This document shows, piece after piece, positions 28,527 through 40,500 of a DNA stretch of 64,000 bases. The DNA is taken from IMG/VR virus record IMGVR_UViG_3300046539_000057, positions 3,499 to 67,498 of that record. One strand, 5' to 3'. How positions within the stretch are numbered: the stretch's first letter is position 1; each line of letters opens with the position of its first letter. The stretch is from a virus. The notes under the pieces were generated by a model. The model had not been told where the DNA came from. It did no database searches and saw only the letters and a list, made by a program, of their open reading frames with translations. The translations under genes were made by a program, and so were the position numbers.

Positions 28527-31500
28527 ATGAAGAACATCGCCCAACTGCGCGAAGAAATGCCCGACCTGCTCGGCGGCTTGAGCGATGCCGACGCGCTGGA
28601 CGTGCTGCACCAGGCCTACTACCCCGACCTGCCGATCGAGCAGGTGGCGCAGGCCGTGGGCTACAAGCCGGAGCCGGCCGCCGCGCCGGCCGCGCCGGCC
28701 GCGCCGCAGGGTGAGCGCAGCTGGGGCCAGGTGGCCGCCGACACCGGCCGCGGCCTGATGGCCGGCGCCGCCGGGCTGGTCGAGGGCGTGGGCACCGCCT
28801 ACGGCCTGGCCACCGGCGACATGGAGAACGGCGTCCGCACGCTCGGCAAGGACGCGGGCGAGTATTGGCAGGAGGGCATGTCGCCCCAGCTGAAGGCCCA
28901 CCAGCAGGCGCGCGCCGAGGCGATGAAGGGCGCCGACGGCATGCTCGAGAAGGGCTGGACCGGCCTCAAGGAGACCATCACCGACCCGACGCTGCTGCTG
29001 GACGGCATCGCGCAGAGCGCCGCGTCCTTCGTCCCCGGCATGGCCGCCGGTCGGGTCGCCGGCGCCGCCACCATGGCGCGCGGCATGGCCGCCGGGCCGA
29101 TGAGTGAGGCCGCGGCCGCAGCGGCCGCCAAGATGGCCGGCACCGTGGGCACCGGCGTCGCCGTGGGCACCGGCGCCGTGCAGCAAGGCGCCAGCGTGGC
29201 GAGCGACACCTACGACCGCTCCCTGCAGACGGCGGCCGAGGAACTGGCCGCGCACCCGGACTTTCAGGCCCGCGTGCAGGCCGGCGAGGACCCGACCGCG
29301 GTGTTCCGCGACATGGCCACGGGCGCCGCGCGCGCCTCGTTCGGCCCGGCCACCGCGATCTCGGCGGTGCTCAACGCCCTGCCCGGCGGCTCCGCGATCG
29401 AGAAGGCGCTGGTCGGCGGCGCGGCGCGCCAGGGCGCCGGCGGCCTGATGAAGAACGTCGGCATGGCCGGCGCCGGCGAATTCCTCTCCGAAGGCGGCGA
29501 GGAAGGCGGCGGCGCGTTCGCGGGCAACGTGGCGCGGCGCGCCTTCGTCGACCCGAGCGCCAGCCTGTCCGAGAACGTCGGCGAGAGCGCCGGCGTGGGC
29601 GCGGCGACCGGCCTGGCCATGGGCGGCCCGGCCGGCATCTTCCACGCCGGCCCGGCCGCGGAGCCGACCCCCGATCCGCTCGCCCCGCCCTCCCCGGCCA
29701 TCGTCCCGCCGGCCGTGCCGCCGGTCGCGCCGCCCGGTGCCGGCCCGCTGACCCGCGCGGCCGCCGCGGGCGCCGCCGCCGCCGCGACCGCCGCCGGTGC
29801 CGCAAACCCGGCAGCCGCTGCCGGGTTTGTCCCGCCGACCCCGGCGACCATGGCAAACCCTGCACCCGGTGCAGGGTTAGATCCGAACGATCCGTTCGCC
29901 GGATCGCCTCTCGTCGCACCCGGGGTGCCTGGCAGCCTGCAGACGCAGCCGATGGTTGCGCGCCCCGACTTGTCTACCGCAGCGCCGCCGGACGTCGATC
30001 TGACCCAGCCGGCCGGCAGCGCGTTCCAGCAGCGCGAGGCCGACCGGCCGGAGATCGTTGTCCAGCCGCAACAGCCTGGCGACATCGTGAACCGCCAGGG
30101 TGCGCCGTTCAAGACCATGGGCGCCGCGCAGACGGCGCTCGCCAGTGCAGGGGAGGGCGCCGAGATCGTTCCGGTCGCAGGCGGCCTCGTCATTCGACCG
30201 AAGGGGAACGCTGATGGTGTACCTGGGGGACAGCCTGGACCCGCTCGATCCGGCGATGCAGGAGGCGGTGCAGCAGCAGGTGGTGACGCTCGAGGAGGCG
30301 TGGCAGCTGCAGATGGAGTTCCTGTGGGGGGACCCGTACAGCCCGTGGTCGCCGCACCTGGTGGCGCCGGCCAAGAGGGTGGAGTTCCTGCAGATGGAGG
30401 CGTGGCCGACGGTGCAGTAGACGACCTGTACGCGCAGGCCGAGGCGCTGGTGCGTGGCCTGGGCCGCGGCGCGCAGATGGAGATGCAGCGCCATCTGCGC
30501 ATTGGCTACAACCGGGCCAAGGGCCTGCTGGAGCAGCTGGAGGCGCGCGGCGTCCTCGGGCCGCAGGGAGAGAACTTTGCGCGTCCCGTCATCGCACAAG
30601 GCCAGAGCGACTCGCCTGCCGCCAGCCCCGGAGCCCAAGCGGCGCCGGCGGGAGAGGGCGCTGCAGGAGCAGCAGGAGCCGTTGACGTTCCCGCTGCCGG
30701 AGCCGCCGATCTACAAGCCGCTGGGTTGACCGCGCCGGCCGGCGAGTACCGGCCCGGCCAGGCGATCGACCTCGACGGCCGCAAGTGGACGGTGAAAGCG
30801 GTCGCGCACACCGGCCGCGAGATCACGGTCGCCACGAACGACGGCGGCGTATTCCGCGAGGAGCGCATCCAGGTCGAGCAGGCCGCACCCTCTACCGCCG
30901 CACCTTCCACCAAAGAGGTGGAGGGTGGAGGGTCGACGGTGCAGACCCCCGCGCCGGCACCGGAAGCCGCTCGGGTAGGGCCGTCCGAGGCCTCGCGCCG
31001 CGACCAGGCGGGCAACGTGCTCGAGGTCGGCGACACGGTGGAGGGATACGGCGCCAGCGGCAGGGTCATCGCCGACTGGAACCAGAACCTGGAGGGCCGG
31101 TGGTTCGCCGTCGATGCCGATGGCAGCACGATCGGCAGCCCCTCGCGCCTGATGAAGCAGGCGCCCGCCGCCGCGCCGGCCCCGGCCGAGCCGCCGAACA
31201 GCGAGGTGGTGGAGCACGTCACCGAAAAGGGCAAGACGATCCGCGGCGTGTGGCGCGACGACTTCACCGAGCGCCAGGCGAAGGAGATCGACCCCTACAG
31301 CTTCAACGCCAATGGCAAGGGCTGGTTCATCCGCGAGAAGCACTTGGGCCAGCTGCCGCCCAAGGGCGAGCCGCCGAAGGACGTGCGCACCCAGCGCCAG
31401 GAGCGCATCGACGCGGCGCGCGACAAGTCGCCGGCCGTGCAGTTCGGCCGCGCCATGCGCGCCGAGGGCCTGGAGATGGAGGGCACCGACGCCTTCGACT

Positions 31501-34500
31501 GGTCGGCCGACCTGGGCGACGGGCACGAGGTGCACGCCAAGCTGGACCGCGACGGCAACGTGCGCGTGCGCCGCATCGTCAACGGCGAGGAGGTGGCGAC
31601 GACCGTCACCGTGCGCGAGAAGGCCGGCGAGGTCGTGGCGCAGATGCGCGCCGACTCGGCGATGGAGAAGAAGCAGCCGCCCGCCGCCGCGCCCGCGCCG
31701 CGCCCGGTCACCGTCACCCCCGCAGGCCCCGGCGCGTTCGCCATCACCATCGATCCGTCCGCCGGCCGGCCGCCGCCGGCAACCGAGGAGGCAGCCCCCA
31801 AGGATGGGAAGGCAGCCCCCCAGGTTTCCGGCAACACGGTGTTCACCGAGGACGCCGCCGAGAAGGCGCGCGCGGTGCTGCGCGCCAAGCTGCGCGGGCA
31901 GCTGAACAGCGGCATCGACCCCGAGATCCTGCAGGCCGGCATGACGCTGGCCGGCTACCACATCGAGAAGGGCGCGCGCACCTTCGCCGCCTACGCGAAG
32001 GCGATGATCGCGGACCTGGGGGAGGGCATCCGCCCGTACCTCAAGTCCTTCTACCTGGCGGTCAAGTTCGACCCGCGCGCAGCCGCGTTCGAGGGCATGG
32101 ACGGCGCCGCCGCGGTCGAGTCGGCCGAGATCGAGGCCAGCGTAAGCCCGGAGGCCGCGCCAGCTGACACGAAGCCGGCTGCCGAAGCTGCAGCTGACAC
32201 GAAGTCCGCCGCGGATCTCACCGAGCGCCTGCTGACCGAGATCGAAGCCGGCCGCATGCCCAAGGACAACCCGGCGCTGAAGAAGCTGGTGGAGGCCTTC
32301 GACGGCAAGCCCGCCGACCCGGCGCGCATGAAGCAGGCCCAGGAGGCGCTGGAGGTGGCGATCGTGCGCCGCTCGCGCGGCATCGTGCACGAGGCGCCGA
32401 TCCGCGGCGTGCGCGGCACCTTCGACCGCCTGCTCGAGCTCTACAACTCGCAGCCCAACCTGAACGTGCGCACCAGCACGTCGATCGCCAACCAGGCCTA
32501 CAGCACGCCGGCGCCGCTCGCCTACCTGGCCTCGCGCCTGTCGGCCATCACCAAGCAGAGCACGGTCTACGAGCCGACCGCCGGCAACGGCATGCTGCTG
32601 ATCGCGGCCGACCCGAAGAAGGCGCTCGCCAACGAGCTCAACGACGAGCGCCGCGCCGCGCTCAAGGCGCAGGGCTTCAACGCCACCGGCCAGGACGCCA
32701 CCACCTACGCGCCGGGCGAGGGCGGCATCGACGCCGTCATCGCCAACCCGCCGTTCGGCCCGCACGCCGAGGTGCGCTTCGACGGCTACAAGGTCACGGC
32801 GATCGACCACGTCATCGCCGCGCGCGCGCTGGCCGCCATGGCCGACAACGGCCACGCCACGCTCATCCTGGGCGCCAACATGAAGGCGGGCGGGCAGAGC
32901 GAGGCCGACCGCATCTTCATGAACTGGCTGTACGGGCACTACAACGTGACCGGCCATTTCGAGGTCGAGGGCGACCTGTACGCACGCCAGGGCGCCGGCT
33001 GGCCGGTGCGCGTCATCAACATCGCGGGCCGGAAGCGGTCCAGCACCATCGCGCCGAAGGTCGGCACAATTCAGCGAGCCAGCACCTGGGAGCAGGTCTA
33101 TGAGCACTACCAGCAAGCACTGGCTGCCCGACGGCAGCCTGACGCCAGCGCAGCAGCTGGCCCTGTCGGTCCCGGAGCGGACGCACGCACCGATGGACCA
33201 GGAGCAGTACCTGCTGCGCCTGGAGAGCAAGCTGCAGCGGCTGGCCCAGCAGCTGACGCCCAAGGAGCTCCGCGAGGCGCTCGAGGTGTCCCTGGAGAGC
33301 CTGCCGGAGATCTACAGCCTGGCGCAGGAGGGACTGACGCCGCCGGAACTGGCGCAGGCGCTGGTGCAGAGCGACAGCCTGCGGCTGCTCCTCAACCTGA
33401 TCGACTGGAGCCGGCCGGGAACGACAAGGCCGAGCCCGGAGCAAAGCCTGGACGAGTTCCTGGAGCAGCTGGCGCTCTGACGCCGCCGGAGCAGGCCAAC
33501 ACCTTCCAAGCGAAGTACGTCCCGCGCAGCAGCCGCAAGGACGAGGACGTCCTGATCCCGGTGAACATGGCGCAGCCGTTGCAGGACGCGCTCTCGCAGC
33601 TGGAGGACCAGGTCGGCGACATCGACGAGTTCGCCGCCAAGGAGCTCGGCTACGACAGCATCGAGCAGATGCACGAGGCCCTCATGGGCCTGCAGGTCGA
33701 CGCGGTGGCCGCGGCGATCTACCAGATCAAGGAGCGTGGCAAGGGCATCATCATCGCCGACCAGACCGGCATCGGTAAGGGGCGCTCGGCCGCGGCCATG
33801 ATCCGCTGGGCCATGCGCAACGGCCGCGTGCCGATCTTCATGACGGCCACCGACAACCTGTTCACCTCCATGTACGACGACCTGCAGGACATCGGTTCGA
33901 CCGATGCCCAGCCGTTCATCGTCAACCGCGAGGCGTTCGTGTCCGGCGAGGGCAGCGAGAAGCTGTTCACCAACCGCAGCAGCGTGCTGCACTCGCGCAC
34001 GATCGACCAGATCGCGGCCACCGGCACGCTTCCGGCCGGCACGAACGTGGCGTTCCTCACCTACACGCAGATCAACGTCGACAACCGCCAGCGCAAGGCC
34101 ATCATGGCGCTCGCGGACAAGGCGGTGTTCATCCTCGACGAGAGCCACAAGGCGGGCGGCGACTCGGCCACGGGCAAGTTCATGCAGGGCGCGATCGGCC
34201 TGGCGCAGGGCACGGTCTACCTGTCGGCCACCTTCGCCAAGCGGCCCGACAACATGCCGCTGTACTCCAAGACCGACCTGGGCGACTCGATGGACTCCGA
34301 GGCGCTGCAGGCGGCGATGGCCGCCGGCGGCCTGCCGCTGCAGACGGTGGTGTCGGCGAACCTGGTGGCCGCCGGCCAGCTGTTCCGCCGCGAGCGCTCG
34401 TTCGAGGGCATCTCCATCGTGACGGAGACCGACACGGCGCACCGCGAGGAGCACCGCGACATCGCCGACCGCGCCACCGAGGCGCTGCGCGCGATCGTCG

Positions 34501-37500
34501 CGGCCGACCACGCCTTCCACACGACGTTCTTCGACGAACTGCGCGAGCAGTACGAGGAGGCCGGCGAGGGCAACCGGGCGCTCGACGGCGCCGGCAACCA
34601 GGCCAGCGACTCGGTCAACCGCACCGAGTTCTCCAGCGTGGTGCACAACTTCGTGCGCCAGATCCTGCTGGGCATGACCGCGCAGACCGCCGCCGACGAC
34701 GCGCTGGCGGCGGTGAAGCGCGGCGAGCGCGCGCTGATCGCCTTCGAGAACACGATGGGCTCGTTCCTGAACGAGTACGCGCAGCAGAACGGCCTCAAGC
34801 CGGGCGACAAGCTGGGCATCTACGACTACCGCAACGTGCTCTCGCGCGCGCTGGAGCGCAGCCGCTACTACAAGCTCAAGAAGGCCAACGGCGACGATGA
34901 GCGGGTGCAGGTGCCGCTGTCGCAGCTGGACCCGGAGACCTACGACGCCTACCGGCGCGCGCAGGAGGTGATCGACGCGCTGCGCATCAAGCTGCCGGCA
35001 TCGCCCATCGACTGGATGCGCCACGTCATCACCTCGGGCGGGCACACCGTCAAGGAGATCACCGGGCGCACCATGCGCGTGGACTACTCCGACCCGAAGG
35101 CACCGACGCTGGAGAACATGGCCAAGGAGGAGATGGACAACCGCGTGCTCACCGCGCGCGAGTTCAACGGCTCCGACGGCGTCGCGCCCTCGCTCGACGT
35201 GATCCTGCTGAACGTCGCCGGCTCCACCGGCATCAGCTTGCACGCGGCGGCCAAGTTCGCCAACCAGTCCAAGCGCCACATGATCGTGGCGCAGGCCGCG
35301 GGCGACATCAACACCTTCATGCAGATGCTGGGGCGCTCCAACCGCACCGGCCAGGTCGTGAAGCCCGGCTACAAGCTGCTGCAGCCCGACCTGCCGGCGG
35401 TGCGCCGCCCGGCGGCCGTGCTGTCGAGCAAGATGAAGAAGCTCAACGCCAACACGTCGAGCAACACCGAGAGCGCCACGTCCGTCGAAGCGGTGGACAT
35501 GCTCAACAAGTACGGCGACCAGGTCGTGAGCCAGTACCTGGCCGACAACCCGCTGCTGGCCGCGGAACTGCGCCTGGAGCCCAGCGAGGACGCCGAGAAC
35601 GCCACCGAGGGCATCGCCATGAAGGCCACCGGCCGCATGGCGCTCATGCCCGTGTCGGTGCAGGACGAGTTCAACGAGGAGGTCGAGGCGCAGTACCGCG
35701 CGCTCATCGAGTACCTCGACAAGACGAACCAGAACGACCTGGTGCCGCGCACCTACGACTACGACGCCAAGGAGCTCAAGACCCAAGTCCTGTACGAGGG
35801 CGAGAAGCCCGAGAGCCCGTTCGGTGCGGACGCCATCTACGGCGAGTACAGCATCAAGGCGCAGGGCAAGTCCATGACGCCGGCCGAGATCCAGGCCGAG
35901 ATGGAACGCAACCTGGAAGGCAAGCGCGGCGAGGCCCACGTCAAGGCGATCGTCGACCGGCTCGAGGCTGCCTTCCTGCCCTGGGCCGGCAGCATCCCCG
36001 AGGCGCTGCGCGAGACCGCGGAGATGCAGCGGCGCACGGCGCGCGAGTTCCTGCAGCAGCACCCGATCGGCACGCTGGTCCGCGTGCAGATCAACGAGGA
36101 CGCCTACAACGCCGCGGTGCTCAACATCCGCAGCACGCACAAGACGGCGGGCAACCCGTTCGCCATGAGCAAGATCCAGGTGACGGTCGCCGTCAACGGC
36201 GCGCTGCGCCAGGTGACGGTGCCGGCCACGCAGTTCCGCAAGATCGAGGTGGCCAACCTGCAGCAGACCTACCGGCTGGCGCAGCTGTTCGAGGCGGCGC
36301 GCGAGAACGACCGCGAGACCGTGAAGATCGTCACCGGCAACCTGCTCGCCGCCTATGGCGAGATCAGGACCGCGGGCCGCATCATCAGCTTCACCAAGGG
36401 CGACGGCACGACCGAGCAGGGCATCCTGCTGCCCAAGAAGTTCACGCTGGCCGAGCACACCGACCAGACCTACCGGCTGCGCTCGGCCGAGCAGGGGCTG
36501 CGCTTCCTGGTCGAGAGCACCAACGAGCTCACGGCCAAGTGGGGCCTCAACTCGCGCGATCGCACGGTGAAGGTGCTGCAGGACCAGCGCCTCGGCATCG
36601 ACCACAGCCAGCCGGGCATCCAGATCATCGTGCCCAAGTCCAAGGCCAAGGGCGGCAAGTTCTTCCTCGACAAGGAACTGCTGCAGCACACCGGCGACTT
36701 CGTTTCGCACGGCGACAAGATGATCGTCCATGTGACGGGCCGCGCGAAATCCATCGCCGCGATCGAGCGCCTGATGAGCAAGACGGCCCTGTACGTGCCG
36801 CAGTCGATGGCCGAGGAGGCCAAGACCAAGCTGCCGCCCACCGAAAGCCTCTCCATTTCCGAGGCCACCCAGGCAACGGGTGACAAGCAAGTGTCCCCCC
36901 TTCAAAATAGGGGGAATGCCCAGCCCAGCGCTACCGACACCGAACGAGTCGCCAAGCTCGCCGAACGACTCGCCCCGGCCTATCCCGGGCGTGTGTTTCA
37001 CGCTGCTGCTGCGCCAACTGGACGAGGCGGACGGCCTGGTTCCACCGCTGGCGCCGCTACCTGGGTCGCCAAGCGACTGTTCGGCCACGACGCCGTGTGG
37101 GTCCGCTTCGACGGCGAGCCCCTGTTCAACGGTGCATTCAGCGCCGTCATCCCCGACGCGATCTTCCTGAACGCGGACGCCGACAAGCCGCACCTGGCGG
37201 TCCTCGGCCACGAACTGCTGCACCGGCTGCGCCGCGAGCGCCCGGACGTCTACGCGCAGCTGCAGAACCGGCTGGCGCGCGTGCTCAAGGACGTCGACCA
37301 GTTCCGCAACGCGCTGGCGGCGAAGTACAAGGAGCAGGGCTACGAGCTCCCCGGCAACTGGATGGAGGAGCTCCACGCGGACATCGTGGGCGACTTCTTC
37401 GTCGACCCGGCCTTCTGGCGCGAGATCGGCAAGACGCAGCCCGCGCTGTTCCGCCGCGTGGCCGCGGCCATCATGAAGTTCCTCGACGACGTCAAGGCCT

Positions 37501-40500
37501 CGCTCACCGGCCGGCCGTTCGGCACCGAGGCCTTCCTGTCGGACATCGACGCCGCGCGCGCCGCGGTGGCCGAGGCGATGGGCGAATTCAGCAAGGGCGA
37601 GGGCGCCCCGGTGCACCAAGCCGAGGGAGCCGAGTCGCTGTCGCTCGCCAGCGCGCTGCGCGCCGGCAACGTGCGAGACCTGGGCATCGGCATGGGCTAC
37701 AAGATCAACGACCTGGTCGAGCAGCACGGCACGCTCTCCACCTGGCAGAAGACGGTGGGCACGCCGTTCAACCTGGCCAAGCGCTCGGCGGTGTTCCGCC
37801 GCGTGTTCGACGCGGTGCAGTCCTTCCTGGGCGACGTGAGCCACTACGCCAACCAGGCCGCCGACCTGGCGCCGACGATCCTGCCCAAGCTCGAGCACCT
37901 GCGCGACCTGCTGAAGACGCCGCTCACCGGCGCCGACAAGAAGGCGCTCGCCGCCCCGATCTTCGAGGGCACGCTGTCCTGGGTGCGCGGCGTCGACGGC
38001 AAGCCGGTGCGCGTCGAGACCCTGGAGGAGGCCGCCGAGCAGATGACGGTGCACGACAAGGCGCAGGAGCTCATGCACCAGCAGCGCGTCGACCCGAGCC
38101 TCATCCGCATGTGGCAGGGCCGCGACATCGCCACCTACGAGACCATCATCAACAACCGCTACGCGCACGAGTTCCTGCGCGGCGGCATCGTGTGGACCGA
38201 CGCCGAGCTCCGCAGCCAGCACAAGCTGGACGCGCGGCAGATCAAGCTGTACCGCGAGTTCCGCGCGGCCACCGACAAGAGCCTCGACAACCTGGCGGTC
38301 TCCGAGGCGCTGCGCCTCATGGGCAAGGCCGCGGCTGACGTGCGCGAGCAGGCGCTGGACGCCAAGACGCTCGATGCGGCCTTCGCGGTGCTGGAGGCCA
38401 AGCAGCTTGAGCTCGACCAGGCGCTCGAGGCCGGCACGCAGGGCGAGCGCGACGCGATCAACGTGAGCGCTGCCAAGCTCATCGAGATCAAGCAGCGCGC
38501 GCTCGACCTGAAGGAGCGCGGCTACGCGCCGCTGTCGCGTTTCGGCCAGTTCTCGGTCGACGTCACGCGCGGCGACGAGCGCATCCACTTCGGCCTGTAC
38601 GAGAGCCAGGCCGAGGCGAACCGGGCCGCGCGCCAGTGGCGCGGCAAGGAGCCGGGCGCCACGGTCAGCCAGGGCACCATGGCGCAGGAGACCTACAAGC
38701 AGTTCCAGGGCGTGAGCCCGGAAACGCTGGCGGTGTTCGCCGACGTCCTGGGCCTGGACAAGGACGAGGCCTTCCAGGGCTACCTGCAGAAGGCGGTCTC
38801 CGGCCGCTCGGCCTTGAAGCGGCTCATCCACCGCAAGGGCATCGCCGGCTACAGCCCGGACGTGGGCCGCGTGCTGGCCAGCTTCGTGACGTCCAACGCG
38901 CGGCGCACCTCGAGCAACCTGCACACCGGCGAGATCGAGGCCTCCGCGGCCGCGATCCCCAAGCAGTCCGGCCAGATGGCGGACTACGCGCGCCAGATGG
39001 TCGACTACGCGCTCACCCCCCAGGAGGAGGCGCAGAGCCTGCGCTCGGTGCTGTTCGCGCAGTACATCGGCGGCTCGATCGCCTCGGCGCTGGTCAACAT
39101 GACGCAGCCGATCACGATGACGGTGCCCTACCTGTCGCAGCACATCGGCGGCAGCAAGGCGGCCGCGCACGTGGCGCGCGCCTGGAAGGACCTGGCCAGC
39201 GGCAAGACCGGCGACGCGGCGCTCGACAAGGCGCTCGAGCAGGCCGAGGAGGACGGCATCGTCGCGCCGCAGGAGATCCACCACCTGCAAGCGCAGGCGG
39301 CCGGCCGCGGCGTGCTGCACGGCGGCGACGGCACCAAGCTGGGCGAATGGCGCGCGACCGGCAGCCTCGCCTTCGCGCGCGCCAACCTGGTGTGGGTCCG
39401 CCTGTTCGGTTGGGCAGAGCAGGTCAACCGCCGCACGACCTTCATCGCGGCCTACCGCATCGCCAAAGAGAAGCCCAGCCTGGGCGACCCGGTGGCGTTC
39501 GCGCGCGACGCCATCAACGAGACGCAGGGCATCTACAACCGCGGCAACCGGGCCCGCTTCGCGCGCGGCGCGGTGGGCGCGACGCTGATGACGTTCAAGC
39601 AGTATTCCGTGGCCTACGTCGAGCTCCTGACCCGCCTGGCCAAGTCCGGCAAGGACGGGCGGCGTGCGGCGCTGCTGATGCTGGCGCTGCTGGTGCTCAC
39701 CGCCGGCATGGACGACCTGCCGTTCATCGAGGACCTGGAGGACGTGGTCGACGGCATCGCGCAGCGCCTGGGCTGGAACTTCTCCTTGAAGGAGCGGCGC
39801 AACGCGGCGGTCGAGGCCGTGGTCGGCAAGGGCATGGCGCGCTTCCTGGCCAAGGGCATCTCCGGGGTGTCGGGCATGCCGCTGGACGTGTCGGGCCGCA
39901 TGGGCATGGGCGACCTGATCCCCGGCACCGGCCTGTTCATGAAGAAGGCCGACCACACCCGTGACGTCATCGGCATCGCAGGCCCCGCCGGCGACCTGGC
40001 CACGCGCGTGGCAACCGCGGCCGGCCAGGCGCTGGGCGGCGAGTTCGGCGCCGCGGCCAAGTCGGTCGCGCCGCGCGCGGCGGCCAACATGGCGCAGTCG
40101 GCGAGCATGCTGCAGCACGGCGAGTACCGCGACCAGGCCGGGCGCAAGGTGGTGGAGACCACCCCGGTCGAGGCGGCGCTGAAGTTCGCCGGCTTCCAGC
40201 CCAACGTGGTCGCGCGCGACAGCGAGATCAACTACTCGGCGACGCGCGAGTCGGCGGCGATCCGGCTGGAAAAGAGCGAGATCGCGGCGGCCTGGGCCCA
40301 GGGCGTCGTCGACAAGGACCCGGATGCGGTGCGCGCGGCGCGCCAGCGGCTCAAGCGGTGGAACGCGCGCAACCCCGAGGCGCCGATCTCCATCAAGATC
40401 CCGCAGATCCGCCAGCGCATCAAGCACCTGCGCGAGAGCCGGGCCGACCGGACAATCGCCAACGCGCCCAAGGAGATCCGGGCGCGCGTCAAGAATGACC

